A stretch of 64,000 nucleotides of DNA from Marsupella aquatica (GCA_973895155.1 OZ316892.1:1006917-1070916), one strand, 5' to 3'; numbered from the stretch's first letter, positions 45,211 to 59,160 are shown. The notes: generated by a model from the letters alone, not told the origin. Numbers and translations: made by a program.

Positions 45211-48200
45211 ATGAGAAAATCACAAAAATTGTTGTTTTTCACAACTTCTCAAAAAACTCGAAACTCAACACCGCCGCGTAGCCTACAAAGCTAGGAGTCC
45301 AATACTGAAAACCGAAATCAAAATCGAAATTTGACGGAAAAGTTATTCAAATTTCGGTCGAGGTGGGTAAAACCTTGGGAAACTCCCCCGTTTTGACCAC
45401 CTCAGGGAATAACCGAAATACCAAGTACAACCCGTTGTCGGAATTGCGATGTGATTGGTGCGCTGCATTGCCAACTTCAATGGCTACGACCTCGCCGAAA
45501 AATAACCAAAAAAGTTACCGTTCGGCAGATGAAATCTTTGTCGGACGGTCAAAAAATAGCTCTCTGGTTTTTTGGAATATTCTATGACCCTTGTACAGGC
45601 CCTGTGGGAATTTTGGAAGAACAATCGAGGGGCTGACATGTGTCCTCGAACCCCCAAAACCCCCTACCACCCTTCGTCGTCGAAATCTGGTCGCGCGCGC
45701 AGAAAATACACACGGCAGAATGTACCCCTCGACACCAAACGCAAGATATCTCACTCGGGTTTTGACGAAATCAAGATCCGATTTCAGATTTGGAAACTAG
45801 ACTCCGAGGCAATGAAGATCGATATAAGAAGCACCCAAAACGAGGAAAGAACGAGGGAGAAAAAAATTGGTAAAGATGACAGATTTCTCTCAATTGCCAT
45901 AGCCAATTTCGAATCAGTTTTTCAAAGAGAAAAAAATGGTACCTTGTCAACAACGAATGTTGATCAATTGCACTTGGTGTCGTCACCAAGTCCAACAAGG
46001 TAATTGATTTTGCTTAGCCTTCCTCTTTGCATCAAAGAGCCAATCCCGGACTCAAAAACAATCGTCTTGCCTCAATCTCTCCGTTGAGTCAAAACACTTG
46101 ACGCTTCTCCCTCCGAGTCGATTGCCAACTTTCTTCACAAAATCCAGAACGACGAAAACTTAGATCTCTCTGCACCACGAGCTCCGTTCAACGATTTCTT
46201 CACACCGTTAGAAAGCTCTTGCCCTGATCTATCCGTTGAGCCCATAAACTCCAAGTTCCATGCGATGGAACTCTGGAAAATCCACCAACACTCAACGCTG
46301 GAAAAACCGTCATGAAATCCCGTCACGAACACACGTCACCTCCCAAGCATGCTCTGATACCAATTGTTGAGCATAGACGACGATCGCAACGGCAAGCCCA
46401 TGAACCATCCAACGCACAATAGTCGACACAAGAGATACGTGGTTCACCTCCTTGAGGCTACGTCCACGGGAACACACAAGAGAGTTTTACTGAACTCTAA
46501 GCCCGTCGGCTATACCGAGTCTCCACAGTGTAAGCTCTCCCTATCTCTCAAGTGGCTCCATAACAATGAGCCTTGGTTCTACCTCTCCAAGCACACATGC
46601 CTCTTATGATATAGTGTGCAACTTAGTTGTACCTAACCACATAGTTGTACCTAACCACATAGTTGTACCTAATCACGTAGTTGTACCTAACCACATAGTT
46701 GTACCTAATCACGTAGTTGTACCTAACCACATAGTTGTACCTAATCACATAGTTGTACCTAACCACGTAGTTGTACCAACCCACGTTGTTGTACCAACCA
46801 CGTCATACCTAACCTAGACGTAAGAGTAAATACCCAACATAGGTGCAAAGATGTTTCATGATCAAGAACCTTGGTGAGAATTTCATTTTTTTAACTCAAA
46901 ATAAATAAATGAGTCAATAAGTTACTACAATAACTAAGTTATATAATTTGGCTCTCAAGTTCAATTTGAATCAGCACATGAACCCTGAGTCCCTCACTTC
47001 TTTTTGTTTGACCTACCACATGCGAATTAGTTTTTTTATTGACTTTAGTAAAAGACATTTAAATTTGTATGGAAAAACATTATGGGTTGTTCATCATATT
47101 TCGAGAATTATGATAATCATAGAGTTTTCTTAATCAAACATGAAAATATTTATTACTTAAATTTCAAAGTGTTTCCCCAAATCTTTGTTCATGATATGGA
47201 ACCCCCTTGGAGTGATGCCCCCGAGACATGAACCCTTAGGTCATCCTTGTATGCTTTTCTCATCATCTAGAGTATTTTTCTAGTCTTTTTATTGGCCTAA
47301 TTATGCCTTTCCGTTGTCTTCTCCAGTTAAATATGAATTGCTTACCATAATTTGGGTTTTTTTTGTTATTTTAGAGTGTAATATACATACTTAGCTTAAG
47401 CATTCATGTACCTTTAGTTTTTCCCTCTTTTTGCAACTAAAAGTGATAGAACTCAAGTTAATTAAATTGATGAATTTTAATTCTGATATAACATTTTTTG
47501 CTCACATGAATTAAGTTGACTATTATATAGGATGAGTAGATTGAAGCACTTTTATTTTGAAATCATTGATATTATTGTTCTAAACATTCAATTTATCTAG
47601 GTTAAATGTGAATAGAATGATAAATATAACATTAGGTTAACCACATAATTTTGACGGATGATCAATGACTAATGAGCAAATGCGAGAAGGCTTGTTTAAT
47701 TTGAGAATTAAACTTAAAACCAAATACAAATAAGGAATAAGTATCTTGATGTGTCCAAAAGTATTAACAATCATATTTCACTTCTCAATTAATGTTATGC
47801 AAAAATAAATCAAATAACATTTTCAGCCAAATCAAGGTTCATATTGGGAGTTATTTTGTTGAACATACTATAGCTTAGTTTTAGACAAGTGTGTGTAAAA
47901 TTTAATTATGCATTCTATATAGGTTCAAGTCACTAACAATTCACTTACCTAGCCCAACAATTAACACTATAGAGATATGCAAGCTAGTTTTTGAGTAAGT
48001 CATAAGTTGTGTTTTTTTAATATTTCACAAAACCACATTTTTTTCTTAAATAAAATAAAATAAATTCATGAGAATTGGCTCTATTTGTTTGAGATCATGA
48101 CTTTAGATGTTAAGATTTTATAGGCACAAAACAAAATGGATAAAAAGAAATTGTGAAAAAATTGCAACTTAGATACAATTGTCAATCACAACAAACTTTT

Positions 48201-50420
48201 AAGTATACCAACAAACAATTCTAAGCTTGCTATATGATGATTGTTCATATTCTCCAAGTTCAAAAGCACACATTATGCGCATAAAACGGGGCATGAAAGT
48301 GCACATTATGCACTTTATAGTTATTGATAGCAATGGATATAGATATGCATAGATTCCTCTCATAAAACAAACTCACTAAGTATATGATACAGTAACTTTG
48401 ACACCATACACAATAATCCATAAAGCTATATATACAAAATATATTAATTACACACCACAAAACAAACCAATAGAGCTGCATACATTACAACGTATGCATA
48501 AAAGCTCATCCTTTCTACCCATATTTTTTTCTCTTGTATTTGCACCATACCAATTGATCTTCAAAGCCATGTACACAAAATGATGTAAATATAAATCCCG
48601 ATCCTTTCTTCCTATATTGTTGCCCTTTGCATTTGCACCATATAAATTAATTCAAGGAGTTACTTATACTTTGCATTAGCAATTATGACATCATAGAAAA
48701 AACTTCACGATATATGTACACATGTACTTGGATGTCTCTTCATATGGAGTCTTTCTCATCACCCACAACATCTTTAGGTCATAGACCCCTTAAATATAAG
48801 AAAATAATAATAATTAAATCACTATAAAATTAGATGAAAAGTACCTTGCATATCAAAAACAAATTAGGTATTATAGTGTTATATGTACATACTAACAAAT
48901 TCATCCATTATAATTTTTTTTCATTTTTGTTGCAAACTCATCATTAAATCCAGACATGATTGCAAGAGACTAAATCAAATAAAATTCTAATTTTTATGTT
49001 ACTTTTCTTACAAATTAATGGGTTTATTCAAATACTCCAATTATTTTAAATACATATACTCAAAATTAAATGTCCATAAACAATAAATAAAAATAATATT
49101 TGAATAGTTTAAAACCAGCTTAATTATATATATGTGATTAAAAATATAATTGATTTTATATTCAGAGGTCATTTTGGAATGAATACTACAAAAAATTGTT
49201 AATGCATTTTTAAGAAATGAACGTAATTATAATGACTTCTATACAAATAACTTATCTATAAATGTTATAATTATATCAAATTTCTAGCCAATTAAATGAT
49301 AACGTGTCATTATCTCATTATAGTCATGGCCATAATAATGTATCAAATATAGTTAAAATCCCATAAACTGGGACTTTTTTATAACCATTGCTAATATATG
49401 TAGTCAAACTATCCAAAATGGGTGTTGACACACCAATATATTTCAATTCTTAGTGGAATAAATAGGACCAATGTAATAGAAATCAAAATATAGTTGGCAT
49501 GAAATAAGTCATATTCAATGTGAGGTCCAATAGATTGTGCAAGCATGTTTTTTTGTTGATGTCATAATTGACTCTATCCACAATCTTGTTTTAAGAGTAG
49601 TGAAATTGAAGGCCTACAGGTAATCTATTTCATGATACCCAAGAAGAGCCAAATGAATACATGCTTATTTGTTATAAAGCAAAAATTCTGACACTATAAT
49701 ACTGGATGCCGCCAAATCTGGGCTTTCGTCTATTTACGAAATGTGGTTAGGGCGAGAACAAACTATGGCCGCTATAACTTTTGGGGCTTTTTTATAACCG
49801 TTGGATGACAACGACGCCCTTGCCAAGGCTTTGGCATTCTGTTTGCTAGAAGCCGCTGCCGTGGCCGTCGTCGTTTACCGTGGGGGCCCTTCTCACGTTT
49901 GGCCATTGCGTTGTTAGGCAAGGTACTGCCTCGCTCCCTAGAGCTGCCTCGCCCTTGCTGCAGCCTTCCTCCATCCCCCTTGTTGCACCCCATGGCTTGC
50001 CGCTACATTGCCTGGCCATGCCTCGGTCCAGGCGCGCCTCCCTCCATCCCCCACGCCCTTGCCCTGCCTCACCGCTGCGCTGCCTGGCCTAGGCCATTGC
50101 CCTCCCTTGGCCATTGGCTGCTGCTGCCAGCCTCCACCCTGGGGCTGCCATCAGGGTACTGCCCCTCCCTCGTGCCCCTCCTCCTTGCGCTGCTGCTTGG
50201 GCTGCCTCGCAGCCTTCCCCACCTTGGGGCTGCCATCAGGGCGCTCCCCCCTCCCTCGCACCCCTGCCTCCTCTCACCTCGCGTTGCTGCCTCCCTCGCT
50301 CCCATAATTTCTGTCAGGAAGCAAATTCTCCAGTGTGTAACTTTTTTGACTAGGTGCCACCATTTTCATAACCCTTTGCCCAGAAAATGTTCCCGGTAAT
50401 ATTTTCTCCGGGCAGGTATT

Positions 50421-50582
50421 ACGTATGATAATGACAGCTTGGGCTGGGATTACTGTATGAAAATTGTTCCCACGAAGCTCAGAAAAAAACTTCCTCACTA
50501 CCGCCGGTCAATATTTCCTCACTTTCTGGTCACAGGGTTACAGACCAGTAACCCAAGACCAAGCTGTCATTACCCTATACGT
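50421..50582. mobile_element. Small MITE-like foldback (~160 bp)
   Basis: Imperfect ~35-bp inverted repeats ACGTATGATAATGACAGCTTGGGCTGGGATTACTG / revcomp ACGTATAGGGTAATGACAGCTTGGTCTTGGGTTACTG. TSD ambiguous (TA or ACGT). Confidence 0.55.
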
Positions 50583-53500
50583 GCTATTGCCTCCCTCGCA
50601 GCGTGCCATGGCCCCTCCCTTGCGCCCCCTCTCTTGCCACACTCGCCTTGCACACTGCCCTGCCAATCCAGAAGCAGTAGCTGCGCCCCTTACTCGCTTG
50701 CCTTGATTGCCTCGACCTGCCAGTCCAGCTGCGATAGTGCTCACTACCTCGGCCTCACTTGCCCCTGCAACCTGCCGCCATAGCCCGTGACTGATCGCCC
50801 CTGCAACCCTGCCAGCCATTGACATTGCTCCTTCATCACCATGGCGACCCCCTCTGCCCTCAATCTAGGCATGGCCACACTAACCCCTGCCCCTGCCCCT
50901 GCCCTCTGCCCTTCCTCCCCGATCGAGGCGTAGCAGTGCTCGCCGTTCGCCCTGCCGCCACGGTTGCTATGCTCCTTGCTGCCTCAGCCCTCGCTCGCCC
51001 GTGTTTGACTCGCCTGTCTTGCCTGCCAGTCTAGCCACAATAGTGCTCGTCGTGCGCCCTGCGGCCATGGGCTGTTGCGCTCCCCGTTGTCTTGGCCCTC
51101 ACTTGCCCTCTGCAATCCCTCCCGCCCTCCCTCCCAGGTCCAGGCGCGGCGCCTCCCAGCCCCGACCACCTTCACCCTACCGCACCCATTACCGCTTGCC
51201 CTTGCCCCATTGAGATCTGCCGTAGCCCGCACCTGGACCACCCCAACGACCCTGCTAGCACTTCGGCCCCTTCCCACACCAGCGCGCATGGACTGAGGTC
51301 AGCCACAATGGCCTTTTCTTGCCACGGTGCTTGCTCTCCCACGCCGCCGTGCCTGGACTGAGGTGAGTCGCGGCATCACCTCGCCCAAATTGGCCACGAC
51401 CCTTGTGTCAACCCACATCTTGGTTAGTGCTTGCTTGATTTTTGTCCCTGCTACCTTGCCAGGTGTCACTCCGCTGATGGGATTACGAGTACTTTTTGGG
51501 TTATGGGCCAAAAATTGTATGCCAAATGTGGTCTGGGGGTGGCAGGACCCCAGAAGTATATATAAAGGGACTAAGGCTTTCGAGGCAATGAGACGCATAT
51601 TGGCAATAATAGGAACTGATGGCAGCAACAACCCATGGGGAACGGCAATGGCAATGGGCAAGCCTCACATAGGGATGAAGTATTTTTATAGGGTGCCCCA
51701 TATTTGTTTTGGACAAATGGAATGGAATAGACACTCGGGGGTCTCATTGTATGGGGACCTCCCCATCATTTGCGACGTTTTTAGGTATTGGATCCCCTAA
51801 AATGTACAAAAAAATATTATCTTTTAACCCCTATAAAGTTGAAATATTCTTGGAATATACCAAAATTTTGATTAAAAAGACCCTAATTAATGTTCTTATA
51901 AGTCTCAAAATTGAATTTAAAAGACCATATTGTTCTTTTGCAAAAATTCTTAAGTCTTCCCTTAGAACCAATTAAACAACCCTATCCTTCATCACACGTG
52001 ATATGCCATTTTTGTGGAAGTGAAACCCCCGAGAATAGACACCTCCCATGGGTGATGGACACAGGGATGGGGGGCCTTCCGGTTGGGGTCGAACAAGTGC
52101 ATGTCCACCAGATCGGATGGGCCATCATTCTTATTGACCACACAAATAGGTTGTGGCCATCATTACTATTTATTGGAGCCCGGGAGTTTTGACATTTTAT
52201 CGGGCCTTAGTGACATTTTGCCATACTAATCAAATACCAAGGGATACCATAGGGGCAAGAGACATCCCGTAAGCAGGATGATTGCCACCAAGGTTGGGAG
52301 GGTGAGACGAGGGATTGTGGTAAGCAGTATTGTCACCAAATATTGGATCTCCTCACATATCTCGAGTCTCTTGCAAAGGTGTGGCCCAACCGGCGTTCAA
52401 CATAGTATTTACTTAGGGGTTTGTCGAGCTTCATTGCAAGTGCATCCAAAATTCTCATATGTTGTGTTGGTTGGATGCAGATGATGAAGGGGTTCTAAGA
52501 GTTTTTGGACCATGAGAACACCAAGCAAAATATTGGAAGCTGATTGCGAGTGGCATGCCCAAAAAGGGCAGCCATAAATGCAAGGCATCACAAGCGATAT
52601 GCCGAGCGGTGTCTGCAAGAGGTGGCTGAAGTTTGTACAGTGCCACAACCAACCTCCATACCAAGTGTGGGATCTTCGGTAACGGTGGCAAGCATTACAC
52701 CAAGTATGGCACTTTTGATACCAGAATCAAGTGTGCCACCTTCCCCTAGACTTAGTGGCCGACAATTGCGCCGTGAAGCAAGGGCACCGCGGAGAATTCC
52801 AACAACAGTGTAAATGCCCTCCCTTGAGGGACCAGTTTAGGACCAACTGTAGCATCTGACTGCGCAAATAGTTGAAGGGAGCTTCACCGTCAAGCAAGGG
52901 CTACTCAACAGGCGTTGGCCAGATCCATTGTTATCAATAACAGCCATGAGGGAACCCCAAGTGCAGTTTCCACTCATGCAGTGACGCCTGTGAACGGTTC
53001 ATCCAACCCTCCCATGTTTGATGAAGGTTGGCTCATTGATGGTGCCTTGGACACATATAGGGTTGTCCAGCCTCTAGAGGAATTTGCCATGATTTCCCCC
53101 ACCCTACGAGCCCATAGCCAACATTGTGTCAGAACATCTACATGTCTTTGACAAGGATTGGCTCATTCATGGTGCTTTAGAAGATGGGGTTGCCCCTTTG
53201 GCCGCCCCCCTACCTTGTGAATCCATACCAAACAATGAACGGTCTGACCCAAACATCTTTGATGAAGAATGGCTCATTGATAGTGTTCTCCACGAGGGGG
53301 AAACTCCAGCATAGGTCAATTTGACACATTTGTTCAGGGCACCTTGGATGTGCCAAACAAATTTGAGGATGACGAGATGGACCATATCCTCCAAGAAGAA
53401 ATGGGAGGCACAAACATGGCACCAGTTACCCCAGATCAACCCAATCCAAATGACGTGCTACGGGAGCGTCAAAGATTGGAAGAGATCCAACGGTTGCCAA

Positions 53501-55644
53501 AGGCAAGGCAGCCTTTGGACCCTGTAATGAACATCGAGTGCCCACAATGCAAAGCACTTCATTGGATGGAAGAGTGCAAGTCAAGAACACAACACAACCC
53601 GTGCTTCACCATATGTTGCACCGACGGGAAAGTGGGATTACCGCCACTTGGTGCTCCTCCTGAGCCGCTTCGTGGCTTGCTGATTGGTACCAACGCCGCA
53701 GCCTCAAATGTTCCAAAAGAACATTTGAGGCTACAACAAGACACTAGCGTTTACATCCCTAGGTGTTAAAATTGACGAAAGGGGTGGCAATCGCGGTCCA
53801 TACTCTTTTCGTATCCAAGGAGCATTATATCATCGTGCCGGTACCCTCTTGCCACCTGATGGAGCGGGGTCAAAGTTTCCTCAACTCTACATTCATGACA
53901 CAGGGAATGAGTTGGGGAACAGGTAATTTGCATGTGCAACTTTTCTGAAATCAAATTCTTTTGATATAACATGATCTTTGCAATAAGCTATGTCTTATAT
54001 ATGTTTTTTTGTTGGGTTTTAGGATGAATAGGATGCCATAGTTGGATCAGGCTGTGTTGGCTTCCTTGCAAGAGATGCTCAACTGTACGTACAATCCAGA
54101 TGTGAGGGTCTTTAAAAATGCAACGAGCCGCATTGACGACATTGAGATGCCAAACGTATTGCTACGTATTGTAGCGGAGCAAGATATAGACCCCAAGTGC
54201 TACAATAAGCCAACAACAGATGAAATTGGCTTGATAATGGTTGGAGATGAGGATATTGAAACATGTGGGAAGGATATAATCCTACTTAGGAAGAGTAATG
54301 GTGGCCTACAATGGATTTCCGAGTCGCATAGATCCTATGCCCTGCTCCATTATATTTTACTCTTTCCTCACGAACAAGATGGATGGTCTTATGACATCCC
54401 GTTGGCGGGACACGAATTCCAGGATAGGGTCATTGTGGCTATTGAACCAGGAGCCAGGGGTGGACGAAATGGTTCTAAGAAGGTGACCCAACTTCAATAC
54501 TATGCGTACATGTTACATGCAAGGCGGGAAGATGATTGGTTGCTTCATGGAGGAAGATTCCTGAAGCAATTTATCGTTGATGCATATGCGTGTATAGACC
54601 AGACACACCTCATATATATTTGGAACAATCATAAAAAGCCTTGGACCGAGTTATATCAAGGGCTACAAGATGCAGTTCAAGACGGGGATGCACAGGCAAG
54701 CAATGTGGGTAGGACCTACATTTTACCGTCCACATATGGGGGTAGTGCACAACATATGATGCAGGCCTATCAGGATCCCATGGCGGTTGTTTGAACATAC
54801 GGGCCTCCTGACCTTTTCACAACTTTTACGTGCAATTCTGAATGGCCTGAAATCAAAGTGGAGTGCTTCCCCTACCAGACCCCGGCTGACCGCGATGGCA
54901 TTATGAGGAGAGTGTTCAAACTTAAGTTGAAGGCCCTGTTAGCGGATATTTGGGCAGGGGTATTGGGTAGACCTATTGCCTCTATGCATGTCATTGAATT
55001 TTAGAAGAGGGGTCTGTTGCACGCCCACATTCTCATAATATTGGTGGAGCAACATAAGTTGCGCACCCCAGAGTTGGTTGATCAATTGGTTTTGGCGGAG
55101 ATACCGGACGCACATTCAAGTACATCCACAATTATATCAAACTATTATGAAGTCCATGGTCCATGCGGTCGTGGGTATCCAAACTCACCTTGCATGGTCG
55201 ATGGTCAATGCAGCAAGGGTTATCGAAACGGTTTTTAAAGATACATGAGATCTTGCTGCATTGACCATCAACCATCATCCCGACGTCCATACATGGGATA
55301 CCCATCATCCAAAACGGTTTTAAAGATGATGGGTATCCCATGTATTGACGTCGGGATGATGGTCGCAATTTCTCAAAACACCGAAGCGGGTTTAAGTTTG
55401 ACAATAGGTGGGTTGTTCGTCATAGTCCATATATATTTGAGCATGAGATTCAATGCACGGATCAATGTGGAGATTTGTTCCTCCATTAAAGCAATCAAGT
55501 ATTTATACAAGTACTGTTATAAAGGGCACGATAAAGCAATGGTGGAGGTGGAGCAACGAGATGAAGTAAAGGAGCACTTAGATGCCAAATATGTGTCTGC
55601 TACTGAGGGAGTATGGCGCATTAACCAGTTTGAAATGTCTGAGA

Positions 55645-55976
55645 AGGGCATCACCACCGTAACAGCAAACAACAAACAGGTTTAGTGGTACCAGCTAAAA
55701 GTTTCCTGTTACCAGGAAAATTTTACTGTTACCAGTAAAAAATATGATCTAAAAATATATCATTTAAAGCCTTATTTTTCAAAATAATTAAAATCATGGC
55801 ATTTTTTTGCGAGCGCCAAGCGCTGCTATTGTTAGCTCCGAGCGCTAGCAATATGATGATGACAAACCAAAACAAAATCCAAAAAAAAAAATCCAAAAAA
55901 ATTACCACTCACTTTCCTGTTACCAGTAATTGTTTCGTGTTATTGTTTCCTATTTTCTGTCGTTTGTAAATACCCC
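55645..55976. mobile_element. MITE family A, copy 2 (332 bp), inserted in Helitron Rep
   Basis: TSD TCTGAGA at 55638-55644 and 55977-55983. Removing the insert restores FEMSESTTSVQWLQVH. Homologous to 38640-38970. Confidence 0.8.
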
Positions 55977-57480
55977 TCTGAGAGTACTACTTCGGTGCAA
56001 TGGCTGCAAGTTCATTGTGAGGGGGGAACAATCTATAATGTTCAATGAGGATTCTGACATCAATGATGTGGTTCAACGAGAATCTCATAGGGACACGAAC
56101 CTCACAGGGTGGTTCAGAGCTAATGCTTTGCATGAACTGCGAAACAACTTCTCTACAATAATTTCCCCCATGAGTTTGTATGGGATACATCCTCCCGTGC
56201 ATGGAACCCATGAAGAAGAGGGTTTAGCATTGGCAAGATGTATATTGTGCCGCCAGTCGCGGATGAACGGTACTACTTGAGGGTACTTCTTCTTCACATC
56301 AAAGGTGCAACATCATTCATCGACCTTCGCATTTTTGAGGGCACTATATACCCCACCTTTTAGGCAGCGGCTCTTGCTTGGGGTTTGTATAAGAACAATG
56401 AGGAGTGGGATAGATGCCTTCAAGAAGCGACAAGCATGCACACAGGTTCAAAAATTTGACAACTATTTATTACAATATTGTTGTTTGGAGGTGTTGCCAA
56501 ACCATGCGACCTATGGGCACAACATGCATCCAACTGAGTGATGATTGTAGGTATCGTTTGCAATCAATGGGCTTCTTAGATTCTACGGAGCAGCAACAAC
56601 AAAGCTTTGCTCTACATTTGATGGATGAGGCTTTGAAAAGTGTTGGTAAAACATTGGTGGAGTTTGGTCTTCCGGAACCAGGTATAGAGTTTTTCCAAGA
56701 GAAAGAAAATAGAAACCGGTTGATAAGAGAGGAGACATGTTATCCAATAGATGTACTTCTACAACAACTTGCAGAGCAGGAGCCGTTGTTGAACGAGGGT
56801 CAAAGGGCAACATACAGTACAATACTTGCAGCGGTGAGGGCTCAAGATGGAGCGACATTCTTTATTGATGGACCGGGGGGGACGGGCAAAACATTTGTGG
56901 AGAATGTTCTACTTTGAAGAGTCCGTGTAGATGGGGACGTCGCATTGGCTGTGGCTTCCTCTGGCATTGCAAGTCTTTTGTTAGATGGAGGATGCACCGC
57001 ACATTCTTGATTCAAGCTACCATTGAAACCAATCTCGACATCAACATGCGCCATCCAAAAACAATTTGACCTTGTCGGATTATTGCGGAGGGCAACTTTT
57101 ATTTTGTGGGATGAAGCACCCATGATCCATCAACATGGAGTGGAGGTGTTGGATAGAATTTTACGCAACATACAAGATAATGACCAAATCTTTGGAGTGA
57201 TTGTAGTTGTATTTGCAGATGATTTTTGACAAGTGCTTCCAGCGAAGGCAAGGGCAAGTCGTCCGGAGATTATGGGGTCGTGTTTGAAGAAGTCTTATGT
57301 GTGGAGTAGTATACGGACTTTGAAGCTAACTAAAAACATGCGGGCAAGAGAAACTAATGCCTATCCTGAATTTGGTAAATAATGTTACATTTACGGAGTG
57401 GCTACTACAATTGGGCGATGATAAACTCCCAAAAGGAGGGCCTTCAAATAATCTTATTACTTGCCCTGAGTCTATGGTGG

Positions 57481-57768
57481 CTCGGGGGGTTAACTAAGTG
57501 TATATTTTGAGGTACCATGTGCGATCCTAGCCTAATATAAATAGACCTATTTTATAAAGAAAATATTCTAAGAATATTCTCTATTTTTAATATTAATAAG
57601 TTATTTTGCTTTATAAAAGGTATATATTAGAGAATATTCTATAAACATGAGTTTATAATACCTTTTTTCTGTCTCCTACGCTTTTAAAAAATTTAGTTAA
57701 GTTCTATCCAAAATACCTATTTTGGATCGCACGTGGTTCCTAAGATTTTTTATAGTCAACCCCCCGAG
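57481..57768. mobile_element. MITE family B (288 bp, 8-bp TSD), inserted in Helitron helicase
   Basis: TIRs CTCGGGGGGTTAACTA / TAGTCAACCCCCCGAG. TSD TATGGTGG at 57473-57480 and 57769-57776. Internal inverted subterminal blocks. Confidence 0.9.
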
Positions 57769-58981
57769 TATGGTGGTGGATGGAGGACGTGTGGAATCAT
57801 TAATTCATGCAATTCACCCATCTCTTGCTAATGTAGATGATAGGTTCTTAAGTGAGAGAACTATCCTGGCGCCGACAAATGATGAGGCGCTAAAAATTAA
57901 TGACTCTATCTTAGAAGGACTTCTCGAGGAATCAAGTGAGTTTTTTAGCGTAGGATCGTCCGGATCAGCTCGAAGGGGAGAATTTCTACCCTACAGAGTT
58001 CTTGAATACACTCACGCCAAGTGGTCTGCTGTCTCATAAGTTGGTATTGAAGGTTGGATGCCCAATCATTCTATTTAGGAATATAGATCACTCTTTGGGG
58101 TTGTGTGATGGTACTCGGCTAATTGTGAGAGCTATGAATCATCGCGTCAATGTCCTCAATGTGCTAAATAGTGTGGCAAACAACCATTCCCTTAATCTCA
58201 CACACTTGAAAGGAATGGGGCCTAGTGGAGGAGAAGGACTAAGATATATATCAAAAACACAACAATAAGTTTTTGACTATGAAAGCTTAACAAAACATAA
58301 ATTTAAAAATTTGCTTAACATTATAAAAGAATTAATGAAATGAAAATAACTAAAAACCACAAGATAATGTTGGCGTATGATAAACGTGTTTAGAAATAAC
58401 TAAGGTTGCTTTTGAACATCACTATTTGATGTGATGAAATTGATCAATGTATAAGAAAATTTATGAAAATAAATATTTTATTATGATGATTGTTAATTAG
58501 GACCGTAGTAGACTTTGCCTATATCATAGTTACATAAACCACACATAGTAACTAGATGGCGCACATGTACATAAGCGAGACACACGTGTACATAAACGGT
58601 TGTTTCCCAACCGACACAATATTTCATTGCACTAGTGGAAAATAGTATCTTTAAGGACTAGAATGAGGACTGAAACATGAATAATTTGTACCAATATATG
58701 ACTAGAGTTTTCCAGTCATACCTACCTCGTCTTTTAGGATAGTCAATTTATTAAGACAAATGACTAAAACTCTCATCATTCATTTATGGTAGTCCTAAAT
58801 GACATAATATTTTGGAAATGACATGTTATCCAAAATGACTAAATGAATGGCCATCAGTCATTTGGCCTTGTCTTTAATGACACATATTTAAACAAATCAT
58901 ATCACAACATGTGGTAATCACGCACGGTTGTTATTGTGAGTCATATCAAACATATCGTAAATGATACAATAGTAAATTGTT

Positions 58982-59160
58982 TAGGGTGTCATTGAGGGTG
59001 TCATACATGGTGTCATAAAAAATATTATTAAAGATATCATACAAGGTGTCATATAGGGTATAATTGAGGGTGTCATACAGGATGTCATAAAGGGTGTCAT
59101 ATAGGATATCATATAGGGTGTCATAAAAGGTGTCATACAAGGTGTCATTGAGGGTGTCTT
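58982..59160. repeat. 12-bp degenerate tandem array (GGGTGTCATA(C/T)A-like)
   Basis: About 14 copies; they produce the spurious YDTL repeat ORF at 58946-59173. Located in the CACTA subterminal region. Confidence 0.9.

Larger units (their letters stand above)
40230..46839 (-). mobile_element. Full-length Ty1/Copia LTR retrotransposon, Tork/Tnt1-like
   Basis: 475-bp LTRs at 40230-40704 and 46365-46839 whose ORF translations are identical. TSD TAGGT. PBS TGGTATCAGAGC (tRNAiMet) at 46351-46362. PPT AAGGGGAAGAT next to 40705. Confidence 0.97.
52512..58150 (+). pseudogene. Helitron RepHel (HUH/Y2 Rep + Pif1 helicase) pseudogene
   Basis: CPQCKALHWMEE..CC..GKV, LAFTSLG, YNKPTTDE, LPSTYGGS, PDLFTTFTCN.EWPEI, VIEF*KRGLLHAHIL (HUH), KYLYKYCYKGHD (Y2), [44 protein letters not shown]. 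Intron at ~53923-54022, many stops, truncated after ~58150. Start coordinate approximate and termini not located. Confidence 0.93.

Noticed and set aside
49772-51361. Many overlapping Pro/Leu/Ala-rich ORFs
   Set aside because: Expected in stop-poor GC-rich low-complexity DNA; no motifs.
58551-58592. Possible minus-strand Helitron 3' end (weak hairpin + CTAG/T)
   Set aside because: The hairpin relies on G-T pairs and its orientation is opposite to the RepHel gene.
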